The notes beneath the pieces were generated by a model that saw only the letters and a list, made by a program, of their open reading frames with translations, was not told the origin of the DNA and ran no database searches. A program made the translations under genes and the position numbers. 64,000 nt of DNA from an uncultured bacterium (lineage in GTDB: Bacteria > Krumholzibacteriota > Krumholzibacteriia > Krumholzibacteriales > Krumholzibacteriaceae). This document shows positions 55,821 to 64,000 of this stretch, piece by piece; position 1 is the first letter of the stretch, and every line of letters begins with the position of its first letter. The DNA is taken from the NCBI GenBank assembly GCA_965371515.1, contig CBDUYR010000004.1:11594-75593 (forward strand). Reading direction: 5' to 3'.

Positions 55821-55978
55821 TATCCGTCCTTCATGTTACGGTCAAGACATTGCTCGCAGCCCTATATATATACTTCAAACGGGTCAGTCAGGTCAAGTGC
55901 CCGGCCGCAGTCGATGGACAGAAACATGCGGCGGAAGAAGGAATAATACAACTTCAGAAAGTAATACGCCGGCGACGG

Positions 55979-56602
55979 CTATTCCACGAACCTGATTTCC
56001 TTTATCTTTGCCCCTTTCTTTACGTTTGTGACGACGTCCATACCCTCGACCACGCATGCGAAAATCGTGTACTCGCCATTGAGTACAGCCTTGCACTCTT
56101 TGACGATGTAGAACTGCGTGGTGGCCGAGTCATAGTCGTCGACGAGGCGGGCCATTCCCACCATCCCCTTGTCGTGCTTGAGGTCCTGGAAAAACATCTC
56201 GCCCTCGATCGTCTCGAGATCTGTTTCCTTCTTGCCCGTCTGTATGATCCACGACTCGACCCTGTGGAACTTGAGCCCGTCGTAGAAACCGTCGTTCACA
56301 AGGTGTGTGAATCTCTCGACGGCGATCGGGGCTTCTTTGGGCATGAGTTCCATCACGATCTCGCCACCCTTGTCCAGGACGATCACGACCCTGTGGGCGT
56401 CTGAGGCCTGCGGCCCCTCCTCTGCCGCTTTCTCGGCAATCGGGGCTTCCTTCTGCTGCGGGGGGACTGGTTCGGCAAGTACGGCATCGGTATCGGCGGC
56501 AGTAACGGGAACCGTTGCGGCAAACATCAGGACGATGAGCGCTGCCAACGGCACTCCCGGACGGCGCCTGCGCGTCTTCCCGGAAGAAACCATCGATTTC
56601 AC
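55979..56602 (-). CDS. cyclophilin-type peptidyl-prolyl isomerase, exported
   Basis: 207 aa. Signal peptide, and cyclophilin motifs (FHRVESWIIQTG, MVGMARL, TQFYIV). Confidence 0.88.
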   Translation of the reverse strand: MKSMVSSGKTRRRRPGVPLAALIVLMFAATVPVTAADTDAVLAEPVPPQQKEAPIAEKAAEEGPQASDAHRVVIVLDKGGEIVMELMPKEAPIAVERFTHLVNDGFYDGLKFHRVESWIIQTGKKETDLETIEGEMFFQDLKHDKGMVGMARLVDDYDSATTQFYIVKECKAVLNGEYTIFACVVEGMDVVTNVKKGAKIKEIRFVE

Positions 56603-56622
56603 CTCCGTCTATTTAAAAGACA

Positions 56623-56649
56623 GAGCCTCCCCGCTCGTCGGGGAGGCTC
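56623..56649 (-). terminator. intrinsic terminator after the TPR lipoprotein gene
   Basis: 10-bp stem GAGCCUCCCC / GGGGAGGCUC with a 7-nt loop, followed on the minus strand by UGUCUUUUAAAU. Confidence 0.55.
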
Positions 56650-56687
56650 CGGAATGAGCATCGGTCATATCAGGATCAGGAATGGAT

Positions 56688-57854
56688 CTATTCGTACTGT
56701 TCCTGCTCCTTCTTGGCCTCCCGGATCTTTATGAGCTTCAGCTGTCGATCGACCTGCTTGGCCGCGGGTCCGGACCAGAGCTTATCGCCCATACCGGCGA
56801 CCTTCTCGAACTTCGCGATCGCGCCTTCGTAATCTTTCATCTTTGACAGCGCCTCGCCCCACTGGTAGTTGAGGAACGCCTCTTCGCCTTCTTTGAGAGC
56901 GAGCCCGGCCTTCGACGCGTCGGCTGCCTTCTGGTACATCTTGTTCTCGTTGTAGATCTTGGAGAGGATCGCGTAGGTAAACGCGTCGCCGCCGTTGAGC
57001 TCTATCGCTTTTTCCAGCTCGGCCGGAGCCTCGGCCTTCCTGTCGGTCTGCGACAGCGAAAAACCGAGCCTCTGGTGATAATTAGCATCATCAGGGAACT
57101 CCATTACAAGCGCCTCGTAGAGAGGAATGGCTCTCTCGTATTCCTTCTCGCCGAAGTATGCCCTCGCCAGCTGCTTCTTGAACTCGTGGTTCTCCGGAGC
57201 GGTCTCTATCGCCATGTGGAGATATTCGTATTTTTTTTCATCGTTGCCGAGTTTTCCGTAGAGGGAAGCGAGCGTTCCCATCGTCTTCGCTTCCTTGGGA
57301 TTGGCCTTCAGCGCACGCTCGTAATACATTATCGCTCCATGGATATCGTCGCGGTTCTGTGCTATGAACGCGAGGTTGACGTTGCCGCTGTAGTTGAGAG
57401 TGTCTTCCTCGACCAGCATCAGGTAGTAGGTCTCGGCGTTGTCCAAATCTTCGAGGTTGAGGTAGTTGTACCCTATCGATGCGATGAGCGCCTCGTTGTC
57501 GGGTGACAGCTCGAGGGCCTTCTGATATGCGGCAATGCCCCTCTCGTAATCTTTCCTGTCAGTGTATGCTCTGCCCAGGTCGGACCAGGCCTCGAGGTAG
57601 GTCGGCTTGATCGAGACTGCTTTTTCGAGGTTCGCTATCGCCTCGGTATAGTTACCCGCCGCCATGAACTGCTTTGCCGACTGGTAGGCTATCTCAGCGG
57701 GTCCGAGACTACGCTCGAAACCCTGCGAATCGGTCGTCGATCCGGATATTTCTGCCGTCGCGTCGGTCTCGACAGTGGTTCCACCACCGCCAGACGAGCA
57801 TCCCCCCATTGCTGCCATCGCCAGGACGGCCATGATGATCAAGAGTCTTTTCAC
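56688..57854 (-). CDS. TPR-repeat lipoprotein
   Basis: 388 aa. Lipobox AMGGC, followed by about 9 tandem TPR units (repeated A..Y..AL...P pattern). Confidence 0.75.
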   Translation of the reverse strand: MKRLLIIMAVLAMAAMGGCSSGGGGTTVETDATAEISGSTTDSQGFERSLGPAEIAYQSAKQFMAAGNYTEAIANLEKAVSIKPTYLEAWSDLGRAYTDRKDYERGIAAYQKALELSPDNEALIASIGYNYLNLEDLDNAETYYLMLVEEDTLNYSGNVNLAFIAQNRDDIHGAIMYYERALKANPKEAKTMGTLASLYGKLGNDEKKYEYLHMAIETAPENHEFKKQLARAYFGEKEYERAIPLYEALVMEFPDDANYHQRLGFSLSQTDRKAEAPAELEKAIELNGGDAFTYAILSKIYNENKMYQKAADASKAGLALKEGEEAFLNYQWGEALSKMKDYEGAIAKFEKVAGMGDKLWSGPAAKQVDRQLKLIKIREAKKEQEQYE

Positions 57855-57920
57855 AATCCCTTCCTTTCCTGTATAGGATCAGTATTCGGAGTTCCTTTCA
57901 ATAATACCTTACCCGGCTAT

Positions 57921-57949
57921 AATCTAGAAAAAGCTACCTGAACTGTCAA
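57921..57949 (-). promoter_or_regulatory. candidate sigma70-type promoter for the TPR lipoprotein gene
   Basis: The minus strand reads TTGACA, 17 nt, TAGATT, about 65 nt upstream of the ATG at 57854. Confidence 0.35.
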
Positions 57950-57962
57950 GATGAAGATTGAA

Positions 57963-58685
57963 TCACCGTTCGGGATGCCATCCACCCTCCGGCGAGGGTG
58001 ATTCGAGGGCCTTCTGGAGCATCACTATGTTGTCGCGGGCCTTCATTGCCAGAAACCCGTCCGGTTCGAGTTCCATGACCACCTCCCATTCCCTCATCGC
58101 CTCGCGGTATATTTTCGCTTCCCAGAAGAAGATAGCGAGGTAGAAGTGCGGCTGGGGATGGCCTGGATCGATCTCCAGGGCCGCATGCAGGTTGTTCCAT
58201 GCCGCCCTGTGGTCCCCGTTCTGATGAAGGAGAAACGCGAGATGAGAATGGGCCAGGACGTCTTCCGGATTGAGCGTGACGGCTGTCGCGAAACTCTTGA
58301 TCGCATTACCGTAATCGCCATCCTCGTCGTAGAGGACGCCCTTGTTGACATGGGACTTGAAATCACCCGGATCGATCGCGATCGCCCTGTCGTAGTAATG
58401 CATAGCGGAGTCGGTCCGACCGAGCTCGTGATAGGCAACTGCCAACTGGAACATCACGTCGGCATCCGCCCTCCCCTGCACCAGGAGGTGGCGCAGGTAG
58501 GCCAGCCTCGGTCCCGGTCCGAGACCCTCCAGCTGCCTTGAGAGTGGCATCTCGCCTGCGGCTTGCTGCGCGGTCTGTTCCGGCGCTAGGGCGGTCTTCT
58601 GAGGAGACTGCCCGGCGGACAGATCTGACGGGATGAGAATAGCCGCCGCAGTAAGGACTGTTATCGTGAATACTGCCGATCTCAT
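57963..58685 (-). CDS. exported TPR-repeat protein
   Basis: Start taken at MRSAVFTITVLTAAAILIPSDLSAG (ATG 58685). The 90-aa ORF-track extension runs across the 47-nt spacer into the 3' end of the upstream barrel gene and has no signal peptide. 4-5 TPR units. Confidence 0.7.
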   Translation of the reverse strand: MRSAVFTITVLTAAAILIPSDLSAGQSPQKTALAPEQTAQQAAGEMPLSRQLEGLGPGPRLAYLRHLLVQGRADADVMFQLAVAYHELGRTDSAMHYYDRAIAIDPGDFKSHVNKGVLYDEDGDYGNAIKSFATAVTLNPEDVLAHSHLAFLLHQNGDHRAAWNNLHAALEIDPGHPQPHFYLAIFFWEAKIYREAMREWEVVMELEPDGFLAMKARDNIVMLQKALESPSPEGGWHPER

Positions 58686-58732
58686 GATGTATCTTTCCGC
58701 GGAACGGTTCGGCGAACACAGCACCAGCCAGG

Positions 58733-59941
58733 TCAGTGCCTCTCGTCCTTCCGTTTCGACCAGGGCTCGGCCACGCTGAAGCTCAGCCCGAGCCGGAAGA
58801 CGTTCTCCTCGATAAAGTTCTCCGCCTTTGAGCCGGTCCTCCCGAATTCGAGTGTGTAATCTATGGCCCCCGGCGAATTGCGCAGCGGTATTGCTGATCC
58901 GACTGTAAAGAAAGTCGAGATGACATCCTGTCCTGCCGGGAACTGGAGGTGCCACTTTTCAGTATAGAATCCCAGCCGGATCGGGATCCTGTTGAATAGG
59001 TGTCCTTCGTTGCTCGCCCTGCGCTCGATGCCTACGCCGAAATGCGTCTCGTCCCCCACGTTCCCCATGAGCTGTGGAAATCCGGTGGGTTCGGCTGCCG
59101 CCCTCATCCAGTACGACGAAGAGAGCCACACCCGGCCGAAAACGTTCGCGGCAAACCCCACGTCCCAGGCCAGGGGCAGGGTATAGTCGAATGTCGTCGA
59201 AGTATCGAGAACGGCGGTGGTATTCTCCACGACCTCCTCTACAAGGTAATCCACCGCGCCGTCGATATTACATCCCAGCCAGAGCCGCGGGTGGACCTCC
59301 CAGAGCAGTGCCGCTCCCCAGGATATCCCCGTGTAACTCCTTCGCCTCTTCGAGTCGACGTTCCTGTAATCCAGGTTATCGAACCAGACATTGACCTTGT
59401 CGATCACCGAGCCGAGATTGAACTGCGCCTCGCCGGCGACCCGGAGAGCATCAAACGGCTTCCACGCGACGATCACCGGGAGGGTGAAGAGCGAGCTGTC
59501 GAGCTTATAGTTCTCGTACGCGGTCGGCGCCCCCTCGATTTGCCGCACGAAGGAGAAATCAGCCCTCCCGAAATATCTCGTCCTGTATCCCATTGTCAGG
59601 ACCAGTCCTTTCCTTATCGGAAAGGAAACGGTGAAAGTGGGAACCTGGTAGCGCGTCTGCTTCGAGGTGTATTCGAGGAAGTGGACCCTGCTCGCGCTGA
59701 GCAGCTGCTGGACGGTAAGAGTGACCATGGTCAGATCGGCAGTCGAGGCGGGGTTGGACGTCACCGAATTAATCGTATCCTGGACGGCGATGGCCGAGTA
59801 GCCGAGGGCCTGTTGCCTCGAACTTCCCATGTTGACCGCCTCGCCGATGTAGTTCATCCCGTAGATCGACTGCGCTTTCGCCCCGCAGGGAAAAAGAAGA
59901 ATGAGGATGGCTGCAGCGGATACAGCGGCGTTCCTCATCAT
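58733..59941 (-). CDS. outer-membrane beta-barrel protein, FadL/PorV-like
   Basis: 402 aa. Signal peptide ending AKAQ, an N-terminal motif SSRQQALGYSAIAVQD....SNPAS resembling the FadL/PorV-family plug motif, and alternating beta-strand pattern throughout. Confidence 0.6.
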   Translation of the reverse strand: MMRNAAVSAAAILILLFPCGAKAQSIYGMNYIGEAVNMGSSRQQALGYSAIAVQDTINSVTSNPASTADLTMVTLTVQQLLSASRVHFLEYTSKQTRYQVPTFTVSFPIRKGLVLTMGYRTRYFGRADFSFVRQIEGAPTAYENYKLDSSLFTLPVIVAWKPFDALRVAGEAQFNLGSVIDKVNVWFDNLDYRNVDSKRRRSYTGISWGAALLWEVHPRLWLGCNIDGAVDYLVEEVVENTTAVLDTSTTFDYTLPLAWDVGFAANVFGRVWLSSSYWMRAAAEPTGFPQLMGNVGDETHFGVGIERRASNEGHLFNRIPIRLGFYTEKWHLQFPAGQDVISTFFTVGSAIPLRNSPGAIDYTLEFGRTGSKAENFIEENVFRLGLSFSVAEPWSKRKDERH

Positions 59942-61143
59942 TTTCCCCCGAAATCTGTCGGCATCGTGTAGATGACCTCGATGTACGGCCTGAGGGAATC
60001 ACCGGCGGCAGTATCGTATATCGCCAGAATCTGGACCCTCGAGAGCTCGAGGTCGGACTGCAGGACGAGGCCTGTGTTCGCGCGCGTTCCGTTCAGGATG
60101 TCGATCGTGTACTGATCCAGCGAGATTATGATCCTCGTGTCTATCGTGACCGGCATCAGGTTCCTCGAGACACCTGTGCCCTCGAGAATACCGGGATCGC
60201 CAGGATCGGATGAGGCGGGAGAATAGACGTAGTACGGAAAATCGGTCGAGGCACCGAGGAGCATCTCGCCGAAGGTCGCCCCGAATCCCGACGAGCCTTC
60301 CGTGTGGAAGACAAGCGCCGAGTAGTTCAGCGTGGCCAGCTCGGGCACTCCGTCCAGATCGAATTCGAAGTATATCCTGCGCGCGGTCCCCCCTGCGGCG
60401 GCGAGGGCCGTGATGCGATCCTCCGTGATCGCGTAGTCGGAGATGTCGGGAAGGAACACCTCGTCGCCTCCCTCGAAGATCACTTTCAGGAGCGGCGGGT
60501 TGGTGCCGTAGTTCTGTGCATACATTTCGATGAGGCCCAGAGTATCGGGCACGTAGGCCCAGTTGATCGATATTCCGTGCGGCCACGGGTCCACCGTCCC
60601 GTCCACCCATCCCTGGACGATAGTCTTGTCGATACTGAACTCTGTCCTCTCGAAGTTGATATCCCTGACCGTCTCTCCATTCGCACCGAGGATAGGATCG
60701 GGATTGTAAGCAGGAGGAGAAGTGATCGTGTCGAACTCGGAAAAATCCTCGAGCAGCTCGTTAAATGTTACCCCGAGATGAAAGAGCGTGTCCTGAACGA
60801 TGATGACCGGCAGATCGAGAACCACCGAGTCGACGATCATACCGTCGAAATTGGCGAGTGAATCGTAGTTGAACTGCATCAGCAGGGTAGTATAGCGGAC
60901 GCCCTTGATCTCACCGATCTTGAGTGTCGAACTTTCACCTATCCCGTAAGGGATCTCGAGCATCGAGACGCTGCGGAGCGTATCGATGTACCTCTCCGTA
61001 TCGCCCGCCTGGGGGCTGTACCAGCCCGATTCATGGAAAGGCCTCGTGACCGGACCCTCGGCGTCGGTCCCACAGCCGGCCGACAGCGCCAGGACGGCGA
61101 CAGCTGCGATCAGAGCATATGCAAAATATATACGTTTCATCAT
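59938..61143 (-). CDS. hypothetical lipoprotein
   Basis: 401 aa. Lipobox LSAGC. ATGA overlap with the downstream barrel gene. No family recognised. Confidence 0.6.
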   Translation of the reverse strand: MMKRIYFAYALIAAVAVLALSAGCGTDAEGPVTRPFHESGWYSPQAGDTERYIDTLRSVSMLEIPYGIGESSTLKIGEIKGVRYTTLLMQFNYDSLANFDGMIVDSVVLDLPVIIVQDTLFHLGVTFNELLEDFSEFDTITSPPAYNPDPILGANGETVRDINFERTEFSIDKTIVQGWVDGTVDPWPHGISINWAYVPDTLGLIEMYAQNYGTNPPLLKVIFEGGDEVFLPDISDYAITEDRITALAAAGGTARRIYFEFDLDGVPELATLNYSALVFHTEGSSGFGATFGEMLLGASTDFPYYVYSPASSDPGDPGILEGTGVSRNLMPVTIDTRIIISLDQYTIDILNGTRANTGLVLQSDLELSRVQILAIYDTAAGDSLRPYIEVIYTMPTDFGGK

Positions 61144-61298
61144 TTTTCCGTTTCATCCCCGCAGTGCGGGACGCCTGTGGAAGTTACATCAGCAGATATA
61201 CCCAGTCAAGACGGAATGCCCCGCAGGGGCCGAATACCGCCCCGTCGACGGCAATATACGCCATCCGGAAGGAAAGTTCCGGTTCACCTGGCTGGCGA

Positions 61299-62126
61299 TC
61301 ATCCCTTTTTACGCAGAAACGCCACCACCGTTCCGGCAAAGAGTTCCCCGAGCCGGGGAATAGACGTCAGGGGTGCGAGAAATCCGAATCGCGGCGGTTT
61401 GAGCTCCTCAAAGACAGTCTCGAGCGACGCGACCCCTTCGAGGATCCGGCGATAGCAGGCCACGTTGATCCTGTTGTTCGAGGTACGGTACTCTTCGATC
61501 ATCCTCGCCGCCTCTCCCGATGGATCCTGGTCCCCGCGCCGATCGAGTGATAGTTCGAGGAGCTGCTCGAGGATATTCTCGCTATAGAGCAGATGGCACC
61601 AGGGAGTGTGGATATGGTCGTAGAGGTGCGATGCCAGCGGAGAGCCCCACGGAGTGAAGAAAAGGAAAACGAGCCCTCCGGCCCGCGTCACCCTGGCGAA
61701 CTCCTCCAGCGCCGGAGCAGGCCTGGCGAAATGCTCCATCGAATCGTTCGCGATGACTATATCGAAAGAGCCTTCACGAAAAGGAAGGTCGGTTGCGTCA
61801 CCCGTCACTACATCGATCGAGCTTCCCCTCTTCCTCGCGTACTCGAAGGCTCCGGCGGCGTGCACGAGATCGAGATCGACGCCTGTCACCACCGCGCCCT
61901 CCTCGGCATAGGCGACAGATTTTCCGCCGAGGCCGCACCCGATGTCGAGCACCCGCTTTCCCTTGAGGGAACCGAACCAGCCCGAATATTCGTCCAGAAG
62001 GGATTTCCCGACGCCGTATTCCCACTCGGCGTAAGCCTCGTGCGAATCCCGGCCGCCGACCCTCGGCCCGGGAAAGATACGGTCGACGGCATATATCATC
62101 CTGGCAAGAGGTCCGGCCACAGTCAC
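61299..62126 (-). CDS. class I SAM-dependent methyltransferase
   Basis: 275 aa. Motif I VLDIGCGLGGKS, and the post-I acidic residue (VTGVDL). Confidence 0.85.
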   Translation of the reverse strand: MTVAGPLARMIYAVDRIFPGPRVGGRDSHEAYAEWEYGVGKSLLDEYSGWFGSLKGKRVLDIGCGLGGKSVAYAEEGAVVTGVDLDLVHAAGAFEYARKRGSSIDVVTGDATDLPFREGSFDIVIANDSMEHFARPAPALEEFARVTRAGGLVFLFFTPWGSPLASHLYDHIHTPWCHLLYSENILEQLLELSLDRRGDQDPSGEAARMIEEYRTSNNRINVACYRRILEGVASLETVFEELKPPRFGFLAPLTSIPRLGELFAGTVVAFLRKKG

Positions 62127-62151
62127 ATCCCTCTTAATATCTCATACGGTC

Positions 62152-64000
62152 CTATGCGGCCCTCTTTGAATCCCAGTAGACATACAGGCAGAGGCCCGTG
62201 AACAGGATCACGCTGAGCACCTCTCCGAACGCTGTCTCTCCAAGTCCGGTGTGGAGCACCGTGTCCCATTTGATAAACGCGATAAGGGCGCTCATCACGC
62301 CCATCAGTGCGCCGCCGGCGATGAATCCCGAGGCGATGAGCGTTCCCCGCTCCTTGCGCCTGGTACTGACCTGGGGGTCGCTGCTGCTCTTGATGACGAA
62401 GTGGGATATGATACCCCCGACGAGTATCGGCGTGTTGAGCTGTATCGGCAGGTACATACCGAGAGCGAATGCCAGGGGCGATATCTTGAGGAACTCGAGT
62501 ATGATCGCCATGAATCCGCCGGCGATATAGAGCCCCCATGGAGCGCTGGCGTCGGACATAAGGGTCTTGATGACCGCCGCCATGGCGTTCGCCTGAGGGG
62601 CCGCCAATTCACTATCTACCCCGAACCCATATACTTTGTTGAGCAGAAGGATCACACCGGTAACGCTCACCGCGGCGACAAGGATGCCGAGGAACTTGTA
62701 CTGCTCCTGTTTCTTCGGCGTCGAGCCGAGCCAGTAACCGACCTTTAGATCGCTGATGAACGCTCCCGCCGTGGAGAGCGCTGTACAGACGACCCCGCCG
62801 ATTATCAGCGCGGCGACCATCCCCCGCGGCCCCGACAGGCCCGCCTTCACCAGTATTACACTGGAAAGTATCAACGTCATGAGTGTCATCCCCGATACCG
62901 GATTGACGCCCACGATCGCGATCGCCCTTGCCGCTACGGTCGTGAAGAGGAAGCTGATCACTGTCACCACTGCAAGTGAGATGAGGGCCATCTTCCACGA
63001 GTCGACAACGCCGAATCCGAAGAAGAGAAGCACTGCGAGCAGGGAGGCCGCCAGAAGGAAGACGACCGACGACATCGGCATGTCGGTGTCGACACGTTCG
63101 GTCTTCTCCTCGGCGTGGCCCTTCCCCGCGAACATCTGCTTTATACCGACGCTGAACGAGGAAACGATGATCTTGATATTCTTGATGATGCCTATGACAC
63201 CGGCGACGGCTATGCCGCCGATGCCGATGTGACGGATGTAGTTCGTGAAAATCAGCTCGGGGGTCATGTCAGCGATCGGGATCTCGCCGGGCGCCAGGGG
63301 CGCACCGATATGCCGCCCGAAATAATAGACCGCCGGTATCAGGACGAGCCACGAGAGAAAGCTTCCCGCGGCGATTATCGTCGCGTACCGAAGGCCTATG
63401 ATATATCCGAGGCCCAGTACCGCCGCCCCGGCGTTGATCTTTACGACAAGCTTGGCTTTGTCCGCCACCACTGCGAGCGGGGGCAGGACACGGGTCGAGA
63501 TGACCTCACGCCAGAGCCCGAAGGTGGCGATGCAGAAATCGTACAGCCCGGCTATGATCGCGGCCTTCATAAGCACCTTGGCCTGCTCGCCGCCTGCCTC
63601 GCCCGTGACGAGCACCTCGGTGATCGCCGTTCCCTCGGGGAACGGCAGATGCCCGTGCTGCTCCCTGACAAAGTAGCGCCTCAGCGGGACGATGAAGAGG
63701 ATGCCGAGGAATCCGCCGAGCATCGCGGCGATGAATGTCTGGTAGTACTTCAGTTCGAGGTCGAGGATGAAGATCGCCGGCAGAGTGAATATCATGCCGG
63801 CCACTACCACCCCGGACGCCGAACCGATCGACTGTATGATCACATTCTCGAGAATCGTCGAGCGTCTGGCGAACAGTCCGCCGATTCCGACGGCGAGGAT
63901 CGAGATAGGGATCGCGGCCTCGAATACCTGGCCGATCTTCAGACCGAGATAAGCCGCGGCCGCGGTGAAAAGGACGGCCATCAGGAGGCCGAGTGTCACC
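62152..64000 (-). CDS. OPT family oligopeptide transporter (5' end outside window)
   Basis: More than 615 aa, polytopic. LGLKIGQVFEAAIPISILA and a GGFMAIILEFLKISPLAFALGMYLP-type sequence typical of bacterial OPT proteins. The frame is open to the window edge. Confidence 0.85.
   Translation of the reverse strand, partial: VTLGLLMAVLFTAAAAYLGLKIGQVFEAAIPISILAVGIGGLFARRSTILENVIIQSIGSASGVVVAGMIFTLPAIFILDLELKYYQTFIAAMLGGFLGILFIVPLRRYFVREQHGHLPFPEGTAITEVLVTGEAGGEQAKVLMKAAIIAGLYDFCIATFGLWREVISTRVLPPLAVVADKAKLVVKINAGAAVLGLGYIIGLRYATIIAAGSFLSWLVLIPAVYYFGRHIGAPLAPGEIPIADMTPELIFTNYIRHIGIGGIAVAGVIGIIKNIKIIVSSFSVGIKQMFAGKGHAEEKTERVDTDMPMSSVVFLLAASLLAVLLFFGFGVVDSWKMALISLAVVTVISFLFTTVAARAIAIVGVNPVSGMTLMTLILSSVILVKAGLSGPRGMVAALIIGGVVCTALSTAGAFISDLKVGYWLGSTPKKQEQYKFLGILVAAVSVTGVILLLNKVYGFGVDSELAAPQANAMAAVIKTLMSDASAPWGLYIAGGFMAIILEFLKISPLAFALGMYLPIQLNTPILVGGIISHFVIKSSSDPQVSTRRKERGTLIASGFIAGGALMGVMSALIAFIKWDTVLHTGLGETAFGEVLSVILFTGLCLYVYWDSKRAA

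Overview
This is a visibly GC-rich chromosomal segment with strong GC3 codon bias. I annotate 57 protein-coding genes, 7 tRNAs (Gln, Ala, Arg and all four Ser isoacceptors) and one long SRP RNA. 51 of the 57 protein genes, and every RNA gene, lie on the minus strand. The organism looks like a diderm: it has an FadL/PorV-like outer-membrane barrel, a Wza-like exporter, a TonB C-terminal domain protein, an LpoA-like lipoprotein and many lipobox proteins. Two loci nevertheless keep Bacillus-like gene order: ispE-spoVG-prs-ctc-pth and tadA-ffs-dnaX-ybaB-recR. Most of the content is housekeeping:
- chromosome and DNA functions: smc, recA-recX, recR, dnaX, ybaB;
- translation: alaS, pth, rpsF-rpsR-rplI, rplY, tadA;
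- selenium and Fe-S: selA, an Rrf2 regulator plus cysteine desulfurase;
- other: mglAB, cinA, pgpA, thpR.
There is also a surface-polysaccharide locus at about 22.9-32.3 kb, a four-gene 2-oxoacid:ferredoxin oxidoreductase operon, and a small plus-strand pair (HNH endonuclease plus octahaem lipoprotein cytochrome). I found no CRISPR array, transposase or integrase, prophage, toxin-antitoxin pair or recognisable defence module. I cannot point to a clear-cut new multi-gene system. The most unusual signals are domain architectures read directly from the translations:
- a Walker-A-less P-loop domain joined through a TM helix to a SPOR domain, just upstream of smc;
- an amidase with one intact and one catalytically dead Amidase_3 domain;
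- a WecA-type transferase fused to a WbpM/PglF-like module whose dehydratase motifs are lost;
- a GltD-like flavoprotein fused to the delta-ferredoxin inside the oxidoreductase operon;
- an orphan octahaem cytochrome with a haem-free N-terminal domain;
- a lipoprotein / beta-barrel / TPR / TPR envelope operon.
All family calls rest on motif recognition by eye. No HMM, BLAST or folding computation was possible, so coordinates of starts, promoters and terminators are provisional.
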